From: Bacteroidota bacterium
GTDB lineage: Bacteria > Bacteroidota > Bacteroidia > Bacteroidales > UBA4417
NCBI GenBank assembly: GCA_020048595.1
Contig: JAIFMH010000086.1
Coordinates: forward strand, 17,277 to 81,276
Direction of reading: 5' to 3'
Length of the DNA: 64,000 nt
Shown: piece by piece, positions 1-11,900 of the stretch
Layout: each line of letters opens with the position of its first letter
Position numbering within the stretch: position 1 is the stretch's first letter
Made by a program: the position numbers and the translations under genes
Notes under the pieces: generated by a model
The model's input: the letters and a program-made list of their open reading frames with translations, nothing else
Database searches by the model: none
Told to the model about the DNA's origin: nothing

Positions 1-1311
1 CGACTCCGCCGGATCATTTTTAAGGTTATAGAGTTGAATGTCATTTCCAGTTTTTGTCGGAATTATGCCGGGATAATGGCCTGGGTTCGATTGTTCGGCT
101 GGTGCGATAATCGTAGTCCCGTCAGGCCCGCGCGAATCGCGCCAGGTGCTTAAATCAACTTTTTTAAAATAACCCGGGTTGTGTACAAACAGTTTCCAGT
201 CGCCTTTACGAACAGACATCAACTGATTGTTATGCATGCTGAAAACCGGTTCATGAATCGTCTGCTTTCCTTTCAAAATTTCAGTAATATCCTTCCCGTC
301 CAAAACATTCTGTGAAGTGGTTGAGACATTTGTCAGAGCTAATAAGGTTGGGAAAATGTCAGGAGACCAACAAGGAACGTCTGTTTTTTTGTTCTCCGGA
401 AAAACTTCAGGATACGAAATGATGAATGGCACCCGGATTCCACCTTCCCAGTTTGTTGCCTTCATCCCTTTAAAGCCACCGGTGCTTCCGCCGTACCATG
501 GACCGTTGTCCGACATAAAGATGACAATGGTGTTGTCCAGAATTTTCAAACTTTTCAAGGTATTCATAATTTCCCCAACCGACCAGTCGAGCTCACGAAT
601 GACATCGGTATATAAATCGTCCGGTGTATCGGGGGTATAAAATTTTTCTGAAGCCGCCAAAGGTTTGTGAGGCATAGCCTGGCACAAATGAAGAAAAAAT
701 GGTTTATTCTTGTTTACTGTGATGAATTCAATGGCTTTGTTGGTATATTTTTGGGTCAACAACCTCTGATCAACCGGGTACTCCACAGTGTCCATATTTT
801 CGATGATCTGTACCGGACGCATGTCGTTCGAATACAGTATTCCGTAATATTCATCAAATCCATGTTTCACAGGGAAATACTCTGGTTTATGTCCCAGATG
901 CCATTTGCCGATGCATTTGGTGCGATAGCCTGCTTCCTGAAAAACATTACCAAGCGTAATTTCACTTGCATTAATTCCGATGTCGTTGATGCCTGCATCG
1001 GGCGTTGGATTTTTAACCAATCCATGACGAAGCGGAAACCTTCCGGTTAATAAAGTAGCCCTCGACGGCGCACAATACGGAGTCGGGACATAAAAACCGG
1101 TACAACTCACGCCACGTTCTGCCAGATTATCAATGTTGGGTGTTTTATAGTTTTTCTGTCCGAAACACGAAACATCGCCATACCCTAAATCATCTGCTAA
1201 GATGATCAGGACATTGGGTTTTTGTTCTTTTACCGGATTACTGCTTTTAGAAGAACAACTAGCGAAAAACAGTAAAGATGAAAAGAGAAAGGGATTTAAT
1301 TTTTGCTTCAT
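1..1311 (-). CDS. Formylglycine-dependent sulfatase, lipoprotein; 3' end cut by the window edge
   Basis: The minus-strand frame is open from the ATG at 1311 to position 1. It is absent from the ORF track because no stop lies inside the window. My translation starts MKQKLNPFLFSSLLFFASCSSKS (lipobox), then PNVLIILADDLGYGDV and YCAPSRATLLTGR (C-x-P-x-R). The last in-frame residues, ..LYNLKNDPAES, match sulfatase C-termini. Confidence 0.9.
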   Translation of the reverse strand, partial: MKQKLNPFLFSSLLFFASCSSKSSNPVKEQKPNVLIILADDLGYGDVSCFGQKNYKTPNIDNLAERGVSCTGFYVPTPYCAPSRATLLTGRFPLRHGLVKNPTPDAGINDIGINASEITLGNVFQEAGYRTKCIGKWHLGHKPEYFPVKHGFDEYYGILYSNDMRPVQIIENMDTVEYPVDQRLLTQKYTNKAIEFITVNKNKPFFLHLCQAMPHKPLAASEKFYTPDTPDDLYTDVIRELDWSVGEIMNTLKSLKILDNTIVIFMSDNGPWYGGSTGGFKGMKATNWEGGIRVPFIISYPEVFPENKKTDVPCWSPDIFPTLLALTNVSTTSQNVLDGKDITEILKGKQTIHEPVFSMHNNQLMSVRKGDWKLFVHNPGYFKKVDLSTWRDSRGPDGTTIIAPAEQSNPGHYPGIIPTKTGNDIQLYNLKNDPAES

Positions 1312-1447
1312 TGGGTATACCTAGTTCATTTCTATTGATGTAATTTCGGGGATAAACCGGCCTGGAAACAGAAAGGGCAAGACCGGATAATTGCCGATCC
1401 TGCCCTAAAATTCCGATTTAATAAAACAACTATTTTCAGCAAATCAT

Positions 1448-2482
1448 TTACGGAGTAATAACCTTAACCGCAAACTCTTCAAATTTCATATCAGTATCCA
1501 CAAATACCAGGGAGTCGTTAACGTGATATGAATTCGCTCCATCTACATAGGTATAATCCAAATAAATCGTGCGGTGCTTTTTGCCATTGTAACCTTCAGC
1601 CTGGGTATCTCCTTTGGAGTAATATTTACCAGTTCCAGTTGCCGCTATGGAAGTGGTGCTTTTTTGTGATACGACTACGCTTTTGTTGTCTTTATTAAAG
1701 GTTAGCAACAAGCTGTATTTAGCATTGGCTGCTTCCGTATTTGTTCCACCTACTGTTGGCATATAATTTTCTGTCAAAGACTTGGTGGTTAACTTGGTCA
1801 TGATATTGTCATCGATAAACTGTTTGGAATAGGCAACAACGTCCAGAGGATTTGTTGTATTTGTTCTCTTTCCTCTTAACAGATAAACACCATGCGTTGG
1901 GTTAATATATTTAATTCCAAACAACACATAATTTTTAGGAGTTACTAACCAATCGGCTACATTTCGCGGATCAGGAGATACTGCGTCTTCGGTGGGGACC
2001 CCACTCAGCACGGAATCTCCAGCTGCATCAGTAATCCTTACAGGAAGAACATAGTGTAAACCTATTGCAAGAGGATCAGCGAAAAATGCATCAGTTAAAT
2101 TCACTCTCATTTTGCCAAAGAAGCTACCCGCAGGAATGGTTAATTTGTCGAATGTTGCATTATAATATTCAGATGGCAGTAATTTAAGTGCATTGCCTGA
2201 AGCATCAGTAATGTTTGATGCCAATTCAGGTGCAAGTTGCACAGTAAGTACCCTATCTTTCTTATTTGAATACATTCCTCCGATTGCAGCGCCAATGCTA
2301 AAGGCATGTTCCAGGTCGATTGAATTATCTCCAATTACTTCGTCCCCCAACATGATTGATCTGACAGGAGTCTGATAGGGAAAATAAACGGTCTGATAAG
2401 CGAAATCATCAAACTCTACATCCTGGTTTTCACAGCCGAAGAGAAGAGTTGCGATACTTAATAAATACACTATCTTTTTCAT
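1448..2482 (-). CDS. PUL-associated surface lipoprotein, DUF1735-like (SusE/F-position glycan-binding candidate)
   Basis: 344 aa with lipobox LLFGCENQ. The N-terminus, DDFAYQTVYFPYQTPVRSIMLGD, resembles the DUF1735/BT_3987-like N-terminal domain. It lies directly downstream of a SusC/SusD pair. Confidence 0.55.
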   Translation of the reverse strand: MKKIVYLLSIATLLFGCENQDVEFDDFAYQTVYFPYQTPVRSIMLGDEVIGDNSIDLEHAFSIGAAIGGMYSNKKDRVLTVQLAPELASNITDASGNALKLLPSEYYNATFDKLTIPAGSFFGKMRVNLTDAFFADPLAIGLHYVLPVRITDAAGDSVLSGVPTEDAVSPDPRNVADWLVTPKNYVLFGIKYINPTHGVYLLRGKRTNTTNPLDVVAYSKQFIDDNIMTKLTTKSLTENYMPTVGGTNTEAANAKYSLLLTFNKDNKSVVVSQKSTTSIAATGTGKYYSKGDTQAEGYNGKKHRTIYLDYTYVDGANSYHVNDSLVFVDTDMKFEEFAVKVITP

Positions 2483-2511
2483 ACTTGTAATTTTTACATG
2501 TTAAATGTTAA

Positions 2512-4242
2512 CTATTGCCAGCCTTGGTTTTGAATCAGGTTATATTTAAGGGTCTCTCCATAAGGAATCGGACCATAAATCTGATAATCGGAGTAATTAC
2601 GACTCTCTACTTCACGATAGCTGTAAGTACTTCCGTCGGCTGACACTTCTACTCCACTAACTGCTTTTTTCATTTCAGTAGTCATCTTCCATCGACGCAA
2701 ATCCCAGAAACGTTGTTCTTCAAAACACATTTCAATCCTGCGCTCATTGCGGATAAGATCTGTCATCTGTGCTTTACTTAATCCAGTTACATAAGTTGTA
2801 GCTGTTATACCAGCTCTGCTGCGAATCGCATTAATGACCTGACGGGCATTGTAGTTTCCAATATTGACATCCGGACCAACGGCTTCATTGGCCGCTTCGG
2901 CAAACATTAAAAGCACATCGGTATAACGGGCATAGGTGTAATAATGTAATCCACCCGAATTCACTTTCGGATCCAAGTTTACATTGCCTACGTTCATGAA
3001 TTTTCTTAAATAGTAACCCGTTTTTGTTGCATAAATACTTGTACTACCCAATGCGTCCTGGGTTCCTGCGGTTGTATTGATCGTGACCGCTGCTGTTCCT
3101 CTTGTAAACTTTGCTCCATTATACAAGATGAATTTTGCTAATCTGGGGTCTCTGCCTGAATAGGGATCGCTTGAATTAATTTTGATGCTGAGTGTTGGGG
3201 TACCATCTGCCATTGGAAAAGCATTCACCAGATCCTGTGTAGGATTAGTCAATCCCTGGCCAAAAAGAGAAGGAGTAAAATTGGATAGTTCCCAGGTAGT
3301 TGAAGAATTTACCCTGGTAGAATACCAAAGCACTTCCGGATGCAAATCTCCTGCATTTGGAACATCTGCATTACTGTAAAACTCGACATTTTTGGTATTC
3401 GCCAAATTAACCAGGGTCAATCCACTATTTTTATCCATTAATTCAGCTGCTGCCTGTGCCGCCATTTGGTATGTATAACTACCATCTGAATAAGCCGGGC
3501 TTGCAGCATACAATAATGCTTTAGCTTTAATCAACCGGACTGTTAATCCATTTATTCTATTGGCGTTTCTTGCACCTGTAGCGATATCGGCACTGGCATT
3601 GCCGCTATCTTTCCATCTGTCCGGAAGTATGGCAATAGCCTTGTCACAATCGTCGATGATGAATTTAACGAGATCTTTAAAAGAAGAACGTGGAATCTGA
3701 TAATCAGTAGGATTTGCTGTTGCCAGCACATGATCAACAATTGGAACGCCAAGCAGTTCTCCATTAGCTCCCTTTCCGGCATGAGCCTGAAGTAGATTGA
3801 AATAATTCCAGGCCCTTAAACCATAGGCTTCGCCCTTGAGTTTTTGAGAAAAAAGAGCGCTGGTAGTTTCGTTTTTCCAGTACCAATTAACTTTATCAAC
3901 CTCTGATAAAAAGGTATTGATGTATAAAATACTCTCATAAGCTGAATTCCATGCGTCAAAAGGATTTGAACTTGATGTCCAGCCTCCCGCAACAACGGTT
4001 TTTATGCTACTTGTAGGTAAATTGTTTACCGCATCGTCAGATGCGTAAGACTGATTGAAGTTGTTATGAACAACAGGAATGTTCCGGTAGGCATTCATCA
4101 GAAATCCTTCGGTATAAGTCACGATAGACTCAACATCATTCAGATCATATATATTTTCATCTTCCGGCTCTAATACACTACATGCATTGGTTAAGCCAAG
4201 TAAAGTGATGAAGATGAATATCAAATATTTGTATTTTTTCAT
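2512..4242 (-). CDS. susD: SusD/RagB-family outer-membrane glycan-binding lipoprotein
   Basis: 576 aa with lipobox GLTNAC. It has the C-terminal family motif ..CFEEQRFWDLRRWKM.. and sits 22 bp downstream of a SusC-like gene. Confidence 0.85.
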   Translation of the reverse strand: MKKYKYLIFIFITLLGLTNACSVLEPEDENIYDLNDVESIVTYTEGFLMNAYRNIPVVHNNFNQSYASDDAVNNLPTSSIKTVVAGGWTSSSNPFDAWNSAYESILYINTFLSEVDKVNWYWKNETTSALFSQKLKGEAYGLRAWNYFNLLQAHAGKGANGELLGVPIVDHVLATANPTDYQIPRSSFKDLVKFIIDDCDKAIAILPDRWKDSGNASADIATGARNANRINGLTVRLIKAKALLYAASPAYSDGSYTYQMAAQAAAELMDKNSGLTLVNLANTKNVEFYSNADVPNAGDLHPEVLWYSTRVNSSTTWELSNFTPSLFGQGLTNPTQDLVNAFPMADGTPTLSIKINSSDPYSGRDPRLAKFILYNGAKFTRGTAAVTINTTAGTQDALGSTSIYATKTGYYLRKFMNVGNVNLDPKVNSGGLHYYTYARYTDVLLMFAEAANEAVGPDVNIGNYNARQVINAIRSRAGITATTYVTGLSKAQMTDLIRNERRIEMCFEEQRFWDLRRWKMTTEMKKAVSGVEVSADGSTYSYREVESRNYSDYQIYGPIPYGETLKYNLIQNQGWQ

Positions 4243-4263
4243 TTTATCTTGATTTAAATTGAT

Positions 4264-7098
4264 TTAAAATGAGGTGACCAGACCTATTGCGAAATTTCTC
4301 GTTCTTGGAGAGCTACCTACATTCAGTTCGGTATATTTTTTATTCTCTCCTAAAACCAGGGCATTATTGGCTCTCACATACACTCTCGAATCTTTTAGAA
4401 ATGATACTTTATTTTTCCCTGAGAAATTATAGGTAAGTTGCATGGTAGGTACAACAAATGAGTTATTCTTAAACATCCAATAATCAGAATTCCGATTATT
4501 ATTGCTTGCAGTTGTTGTTGACAAACGAGGATGGATCGCATACACATTTTTGTTATTGGGACCATACGCATCATTTACCATTTCAGAATATTTTACATCT
4601 CCGAAAACCCGATAATAGTTTCCTGTACGGTAATCATCATTACCTGCCTGGCCTATTCCAAGGATATAGAATTCAAGTTTTTTAAACTTAAAATCCAGGT
4701 ATAAACTATACTGAGTGCGCAATCCGTGACCAATAATCCGCTGGTCTTTTTGGTCAATAATATTATCGCCGTTTTGATCCAGGTATTTTATGTCTCCTGC
4801 CTGAACCGCTCCAAATGTTGGCACTGGTAATCCGGAAACAAGTGAGCCGTCCGGATTAAAATCTGTCTCGCTGTAAAGCCCGTCAGATTTCAATGCCCAT
4901 AAGGCATCGGTTGCAGTTCCAGTTCTCAACAATGCAATATCGGCACCTTCATAAACAGGTTCTTCCTGTTTGGTGATTTTTGGTGAGATATAGAGGATGT
5001 TGCTACCAGCAGTTATTGAAAAATCGGTTGATACATCTAATTTGTAAATAATGCCCAAGTTTAAACCCTGGGTTTGATTGCTGTTGTAATTGCTGTAAAC
5101 CATATTTTCAAAACCAAGAATCTGTGGATAAGTACTCGACATCAAGGTGATATTACCTAACGAAGCGCTGTTAAAGTACTCCAATTCCATATTCATTGCA
5201 TTATTAAAGAGCGTTGCATCCAATCCTAACGAAAAATCTCTTCTTTTTTGCAGTGCAATGTCATTGGCTATGGAAGAGTAATTTGTCTCCGCATTTTGGG
5301 ATACGCCGTTTTGATAAGTAAAAGTACTGCCACGTAAAAATGTACTTCGATATAAGTTGTAATCGGTCCAATTATCATTTTTTGAAATACCAAAAGATGA
5401 GCGAATTTTAAGATAGTTAATAGTGGATATATCTGACATAAAATTTTCTTCAGACAATACCCATCCAAGACCGAATGACGGAGCTAACTCCATACGATTC
5501 CCTTCTTTTAACTTTCTGCTTCCGATACCCATTAACGACATTTCAGCGATGTATTTTTTTGAATACATATAGTTTGCTGAAAACCCGGTATGAAACAATA
5601 CCTCCTTCTGCAGCACATCCGGATTGGTAATCATGTCAGTATACATTAAGGCAGTAGCAGAAACAGCATGCTCCCCGAAGGAACGGTTGTAGTTTAATGT
5701 CCCAAAATAGGAGTCATGCCTGAAAAAGGTAGAATTGGCATTATTCGCATTGTACTTATTCGCTGCTATATCAGTTCCTCGTACATAAGCCGTATCCAAC
5801 AATCCGGTGGTTTCGTCGAAAACAGGTTCGTAAACAGCAAAGCTTGGACTTTGATTCGAATAGATGGTGTTAAAGAAATCCATTCCACCATAAAGACTTG
5901 CAGAAAGTCCTTCTGTAAGAAAACGCATATCAATGTCAAGTTTTCCGCTAAACTGGACATCACGTTGCATCAGTTTCTTATTGCCATTCTGGATAAAATT
6001 ACCGTAAACATTGCTTAGGAACGAAGAATTTCCTCCCAGAAATTGTCCATTGACTAATTTGGCTTTCCGAAGAAGCAAATTCCGTAAATCTTCATTTGTT
6101 ATGATATTGGGGTCCCACATTACCGGATAATTATTGGGCAATTCTGTTGAGGCTGTAGCCCAGATATTATCTGCATTGGGTTGCTTATTAAATGAGAGTC
6201 TTGCGGTTGTACTTATACTCATGTTCATATACTCATTAATGGTAAAATCAAGGTTCCCTCTGAAGTTTAAATTATCAGTAATATCACCCTGAGGGGTATT
6301 AAGCCATCCGCTACTTTGATCCCAGCCAGTACCAACATAGTACCGCACATTTTCGCTACCACCCATTACATCTGCAAATACATTTATACCTGTGGTATTG
6401 TCTTTTAAATAATCGCTGGAATAGAAATCATTATCCGGGAAACGGGCTGGATTAGTTCCGCTACGGGTTCCATCGATTTTCTCCTGCGTATATCGCAAAG
6501 AGGAAGGGGCAATACCGTCATTCAGTTGTGCTTCATTATATTTTCCCATATAATCAGCAGCATTCAGAAATTTAGGCAAAGCCCGTGGGGTCGCATTACC
6601 GTATTGTCCGGCAATTCTTATCTTATGGATACCGGCTTCGCCGCGCTTGCTTGTTATCAGGATTACGCCCAAATCACCCTGTGCTCCATACATTGCTTTA
6701 GATAAAGCATCCCTAAGGATCACAATAGACTCAATTTCCAATGGATTTAAACTGTTAACATAGAAGTCATTCTGACGGATACCATCAACCAGTATAGCTG
6801 CATTTCCTGTTCCCCAGGTATTGTAATTACCAAAGAGTCCCGGTACTTTTCCATTCAGAATCTCTCCAATAGAGCTGTTCTGATCCCGTTTTAGTTCTTC
6901 CTGCACATCAATAGTAATAACCGATCCAGTCGTTTCCCTGGCAGTAATCGTGTTAAAAGTCAGTTTAACCTCCTTGTCAATCCCTTTTTTATCAGGAAAC
7001 GTATCTGTTTTTATATTACTATCTTGTGAATAAAGGATCTGTGATAATGCCAATAACACTATCAAAAAGTTGATCTTTATTATTATTTTTCTTTTCAT
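4264..7098 (-). CDS. susC: SusC-like TonB-dependent transporter (short form, no N-terminal carboxypeptidase-regulatory-like domain)
   Basis: 944 aa. Plug-domain motifs are present (AAILVDGIRQND, GVILITSKRGEAG), followed by a long beta-barrel ending in ..GLVTSF (terminal Phe). It is paired with the downstream SusD. Confidence 0.9.
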   Translation of the reverse strand: MKRKIIIKINFLIVLLALSQILYSQDSNIKTDTFPDKKGIDKEVKLTFNTITARETTGSVITIDVQEELKRDQNSSIGEILNGKVPGLFGNYNTWGTGNAAILVDGIRQNDFYVNSLNPLEIESIVILRDALSKAMYGAQGDLGVILITSKRGEAGIHKIRIAGQYGNATPRALPKFLNAADYMGKYNEAQLNDGIAPSSLRYTQEKIDGTRSGTNPARFPDNDFYSSDYLKDNTTGINVFADVMGGSENVRYYVGTGWDQSSGWLNTPQGDITDNLNFRGNLDFTINEYMNMSISTTARLSFNKQPNADNIWATASTELPNNYPVMWDPNIITNEDLRNLLLRKAKLVNGQFLGGNSSFLSNVYGNFIQNGNKKLMQRDVQFSGKLDIDMRFLTEGLSASLYGGMDFFNTIYSNQSPSFAVYEPVFDETTGLLDTAYVRGTDIAANKYNANNANSTFFRHDSYFGTLNYNRSFGEHAVSATALMYTDMITNPDVLQKEVLFHTGFSANYMYSKKYIAEMSLMGIGSRKLKEGNRMELAPSFGLGWVLSEENFMSDISTINYLKIRSSFGISKNDNWTDYNLYRSTFLRGSTFTYQNGVSQNAETNYSSIANDIALQKRRDFSLGLDATLFNNAMNMELEYFNSASLGNITLMSSTYPQILGFENMVYSNYNSNQTQGLNLGIIYKLDVSTDFSITAGSNILYISPKITKQEEPVYEGADIALLRTGTATDALWALKSDGLYSETDFNPDGSLVSGLPVPTFGAVQAGDIKYLDQNGDNIIDQKDQRIIGHGLRTQYSLYLDFKFKKLEFYILGIGQAGNDDYRTGNYYRVFGDVKYSEMVNDAYGPNNKNVYAIHPRLSTTTASNNNRNSDYWMFKNNSFVVPTMQLTYNFSGKNKVSFLKDSRVYVRANNALVLGENKKYTELNVGSSPRTRNFAIGLVTSF

Positions 7099-7128
7099 AA
7101 TAGATTACATTATTAAGGTTTTTACAAT

Positions 7129-8961
7129 CTACCATCCGGGATTTTGTTCCCAATCGGTCGTAAATCTGGTTAAACTAACATCAAAAGGCATCCAGTAATG
7201 TTGATCTTTAAACACGTATGCAGTAACATTTATACGCTTAACGGAGGATTCAACAATAACCTTCTTACTGTCAATATCAAAAGTTAATGCCTGTAATTGA
7301 ACACCATCCTGAAGGCGTGCTCTTTTCCACCGTCTGATATCGAACCAATAAACGCCTTCGTAAGCAAACTCAACAGCTCTTTCATTCCGGTAGAGCAATC
7401 TAAATGCCGGATCGGAAGCAAGTTCATAAGATCCCGGAAGCGGATTACCCTCATAGAATGGCAATGTGGCCGCTACAGTTGGTTGCCCGGCACGAACCCT
7501 TATTTTATTCACTGCCTGTTCAGCCGACATACTAAGCCCGGCTGGAATGGTATTGTAACTTCCGGTGCTTTCATAAACTGCTTCAGCATAAGTCAAATAG
7601 ATGTCGGCTAACCTTAATAAGGGAGTGCAAAAAGCGGCTAGTCCCGGGTTATTTTTGGTTACGCCATCGGATAAGAATTTTCGTACGGCGTTACTATTCT
7701 GTGCGCCGTCAGCTTTTAATTGTGCAGCAGAAAAATTCAAGGTAATCTTATCGACTTTGTCGCCATGCATATAAAAATTAAAATCATAACGGTTGTCCCT
7801 GTCGTCCCATCGTCGGACCTTATCATTATCGTATGAAATTTTGTAGCGCGAACCGTCTTTCATTTCAAATTTATCCAGATAATTTTGAGAGCCTTGTGCT
7901 GCTTTTTGACCGGTAAGCTGGTTCTGACCATAGTTTCTGGCGGTAGATTGGCTGACAATCGGCGAACCAAACCGGTCAATCGTCCGGTGAAACAAGACTT
8001 CCGGCGTATAAGGCTGAGTTCCGTTCACAGTTGCAAAGGCTGTTCGAAAATCAGCCCATTTAGTCAGCCCATCTGCATCGGCAACAGGCATGCCGGATGG
8101 CTGAGCGCCTATCAGGCTTACTGCTAAATCGATAGTTTCTTTACAAGCAACGGCACATCGGTCAAGAATATCTTTATTATAATCCAAGACTCCTGTAGCC
8201 TGCTCATTAAAAAGCGGACTCGCCGAGAACTGAAGTGCTTTCGCCTTAAAACCAAGTGCTGCCAGTTTGGAAGGACGCCCCCAATTGATGTTTGGTGAAG
8301 GCCAGTTAGCTGGCAACAGGGCTGCTGCGGCATCAAAATCATCCACAATCCGTTCGAATACGGCCTGCACATCTTTATAGGTCTTGCCGTTTTTTTCGTA
8401 GGTCCAATGGCGTTTCATATCTTGTTCTTCAGCTGTGAAAACCTTGTCCACATAAGGTACAGTGCCAAACGACCTTACATATTCGTAGTAATAGTATGCC
8501 CTGAAAAAAAGCGCCTGCCCTTTTAGCCAGTCTCTCTGCTCATCGGTAGCATCGGTTAAAATTCCTGATTCCAGTTTTTCGAGACACATGTTGGTCATAC
8601 GAATATTTTCCCACATGGAAGAATACAAACCAGCTGAGAACATACCGCTTTCGGCTGGTGCATAGATACCCCGGTTAGTAATTAAATATGTGTAGTTGCC
8701 AAGGTTTCCGTTATAAACAGATTGTGCTGAAGGCGATAGCGCCTCCCCACCAACGGAGTGCGTTACCCGGGCTCCATGATTGTTATAATCAACCAGGTTA
8801 TTCAATAGCTGATCCTGGAATCCCTGAAAGGAGGCATAAGAACCAAAAATCTGTTCTTCAGTAATTGCAGCTTCCGGAGGAATGTTCAAATACTCCTTAC
8901 AACTGGAAAACATAAAAGCTATTGCCAGTAACAGACTTATTTTAATTGTATATCTTTTCAT
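7129..8961 (-). CDS. susD: SusD/RagB-family outer-membrane glycan-binding lipoprotein
   Basis: 610 aa with lipobox FMFSSCKEY. It carries the C-terminal motif ..AYEGVYWFDIRRWKRA.. and sits directly downstream of a SusC-like gene. Confidence 0.85.
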   Translation of the reverse strand: MKRYTIKISLLLAIAFMFSSCKEYLNIPPEAAITEEQIFGSYASFQGFQDQLLNNLVDYNNHGARVTHSVGGEALSPSAQSVYNGNLGNYTYLITNRGIYAPAESGMFSAGLYSSMWENIRMTNMCLEKLESGILTDATDEQRDWLKGQALFFRAYYYYEYVRSFGTVPYVDKVFTAEEQDMKRHWTYEKNGKTYKDVQAVFERIVDDFDAAAALLPANWPSPNINWGRPSKLAALGFKAKALQFSASPLFNEQATGVLDYNKDILDRCAVACKETIDLAVSLIGAQPSGMPVADADGLTKWADFRTAFATVNGTQPYTPEVLFHRTIDRFGSPIVSQSTARNYGQNQLTGQKAAQGSQNYLDKFEMKDGSRYKISYDNDKVRRWDDRDNRYDFNFYMHGDKVDKITLNFSAAQLKADGAQNSNAVRKFLSDGVTKNNPGLAAFCTPLLRLADIYLTYAEAVYESTGSYNTIPAGLSMSAEQAVNKIRVRAGQPTVAATLPFYEGNPLPGSYELASDPAFRLLYRNERAVEFAYEGVYWFDIRRWKRARLQDGVQLQALTFDIDSKKVIVESSVKRINVTAYVFKDQHYWMPFDVSLTRFTTDWEQNPGW

Positions 8962-8984
8962 TTTTTGAAGTTTATTAAGGGTTA

Positions 8985-11900
8985 TTAAAACTGGACATTC
9001 AACCCAAGATTTATTTGCTTCTTGGTCGGATAATTAGATCCGGGATCATCCATACCTACACCATCGTTAGGCATTTTGGTCCAGAGGAATAAGTTTCTTC
9101 CATTCACATACAGCTTTAGATTATTTATGCGTAAAGGCTCAAGCAGATGTTTAGGTATTGAATAACCCAACTGAATGGATTGCAATCTGAAAAAGGATCC
9201 GTCAAACTCAGGATATTGCCCGGTAGGATTATATGTTTTTGCGCTCAGCGCCAGTGCCGGATAAGTAGGATTACTATTATTATATTCAGGCGACCAGGTA
9301 TCTCCCAAAATTACAGTAGGTACATAGGTATTATCGTAATAGAACAATGATGGTGAAATTCTGCGAGTGGCGTTATAGGCTCCTAAAAACCGCATTGTTA
9401 AATCAAATCCTTTATAATCTGTTCCCAGAGCTATTCCGTAATTGTTTTGCGGATAGCTTGGATAGCCATAAGGAACATTATCGTCGGTACCATAATATTT
9501 TCCATCGGCGTTAAAATCGAGCATAATCAGATCGCCCGGCAGTAAAAAACTATTTGAAGAGGAATTGGCCCCTCCTGTTGCGCTATACAAGTCGTCCCAG
9601 CTTTCGATGAATCCGGTTGAAATTCCGGTAACAGTCTGACCCAGCGGCTTGCCTTCCGGTTTTTGATGAGGCAAAGTTAATTCAGTAGATTCTTTATAGA
9701 TCACCTCGCTTCTGGCAACTGCCCAGTTTGCAGTTATCCAATAGTTAAGACTTTTTTTAACATTATTACGGTAGGTTATTTCCAATTCAGCTCCATGAGA
9801 ATTTGCCTTGCCGATATTAGCTGGTGGCGCGGGTTTCCCAAAAATCGGAGGTACTGTACTTGACCTGTCATTGGCTCCCAGCAACATATCTGTTCTTTTT
9901 TCATTAAATATATCTGCAGTTAGGCTAAGCTTGTTGTTAAAAGCTGCAAATTCAAAGCCCAGGTTCTGTTTTGCTGCTTTTTCCCAACGTAAATCAGGAT
10001 TGCCCGGGTTTCCCTCGTTGTACCTGATATATTCTCTGTACGCAGAAGGGTATCCATAATAATTTGACTCATAAGCATTCACGCTGTAAGTATTCCAGAT
10101 GGTTAAGTAAGGCCATGTACTTCCGGTATTCAAGTTGTCATTTCCAACTAATCCATACGAATACCTTAATTTCAGCTTGTCAAGCCATTTTTGATCTTTT
10201 AAAAAACTCTCATTGGATATCATCCACCCCCCAGCAACAGAAGGGAAAAAGTCGAATCGATAAGCAGGACCAAATTTTTCGGAGCCATTGTATGCCCCAT
10301 TCATTTCAATAAAATAGCGATTATTATAATCGTAAGTAATACGTCCTACCCAATCCTCACGTTTATGTGGCCAGTTGCTGCCAGTTTCAGACTGATCGCG
10401 GCTAAACATGGCCATCGCTGTAACACTATGCTTATCAAATGACCTGCTGTATTGCAACTGCAATTGATAATACAAACTACGCTCGGCATCGCCTAATGCA
10501 ACACTCTCGGTTCCGAATGAATTGGGAGTTTTCACCCATCCAAAGCCTTCTCTTCCTGCTGTGGGTTCGGTATATGTGGTATAATCGGCCATATTGGCCG
10601 GGCTTCCATTCAGCATGTAGGTTTTGGTAGCATAATCGTAATAGCCACCTTCAAGGTAAAAATTCTTAGCTATTGTTTTCGTGACAACTCCAGCATTTCC
10701 GATATTTTTTCCATTATTTCTGAATGTATTATCAAACGCCAGCTTACCGACGAAAGATAAACCTTTGGTTATAAAATCAAATTTCTGAGTTAAGGTATAG
10801 TCCATGTTAATTGTTGTTCTCGGATAGGAGCTCGTACCTGTAAAATTAAAGTCGTACCAGGGATTGGCAGCATTAAACCTGCCGTCCTGGGTCCCGGGCA
10901 CACCGTCTTCATATACCCTTATCGGTGTATCTCCGCTAAGATTTGTAAATACGGGAAAAATGCCATTCAATGCACCGCTATTCCTATTTGGAGTGGTTTG
11001 TAAACCATACATTCCCGCGAAATTTGCAGCTAACTGGGTTGTTTTCGTAATTTCAAAATCAAAATTGGCCCGAATATTCAACCTGTCGTATAAGTAAGCA
11101 GGCACATAACCGGTTCCTACGTCCTGACCATCAAAAATATCACCAACATGATTATAACTTGCAGACGCAAAATACTTAGCCCGCTTCGTTCCACCACTGG
11201 CAGTTGTATTTACCCGGTATGATTTAGTAAAATCCTTGAGCATTAGATCCTGCCAATTTTGGTTGGCATAAGCATAGGGATATTTTCCTGTTTTGTAATA
11301 TTCTATTTCCTTATCAGAAGTGTAAAGTTCTGTCCATGATCCGTTATTGAAACGACGGGAACGCTCCAGTGCATAGTTTCTTGCAATCGCTCCTTCCCAT
11401 GTATCAACTCTGTCAATTAATTTTGAGGCACTTTCAAATGACATTTCTGCTTCGACATTAAACCTTGTTTTTCCTTCTTTTCCACGTTTGGTGGTAATCA
11501 ATATAACCCCGTTACCACCTTTGACTCCAAACACCGCAGTAGCTGAAGCATCCTTTAATACGGAAACACTTTCCACTTCGTTGATATCCACTTCGTTCAT
11601 TTGACGTTCCACTCCATCTACTAAAATTAAAGGAGAGGAATTGTTCCAGGTCGTTTTTCCGCGGATAAGAATTTCAGAAGGAGTATAGACTTTTAATCCG
11701 GCTGAAAGTGCAGTTACCGCATCTCCACCAGGCATACCTGAGATGGAAAGAACAGATACTCCGGGTATCAGGCCGGTTAGTGCATCGGTCATGTTACTGA
11801 CATTACCCTGCATCTTGATATCATCTGCCTTTGCGGTACCAATAGCACCAACAAGACTCTGCTTCTTTTGTGTACCATATCCAACCACTACGGTCTCCTG

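Noticed and set aside
317-1050. Plus-strand ORFs 317..640 and 667..1050, and many similar 60-195 aa plus-strand ORFs throughout (for example 15976..16506, 36147..36734, 14055..14471, 17848..18237).
   Set aside because: They lie antisense inside long minus-strand genes with clear family motifs; here that gene is the sulfatase at 1-1311. Their translations are low-complexity with no recognisable motifs, so they are typical shadow ORFs. The same applies to minus-strand ORFs nested in other frames (for example 3552..3782, 36815..37147) and to 62206..62694, which is antisense to the plus-strand ORF.
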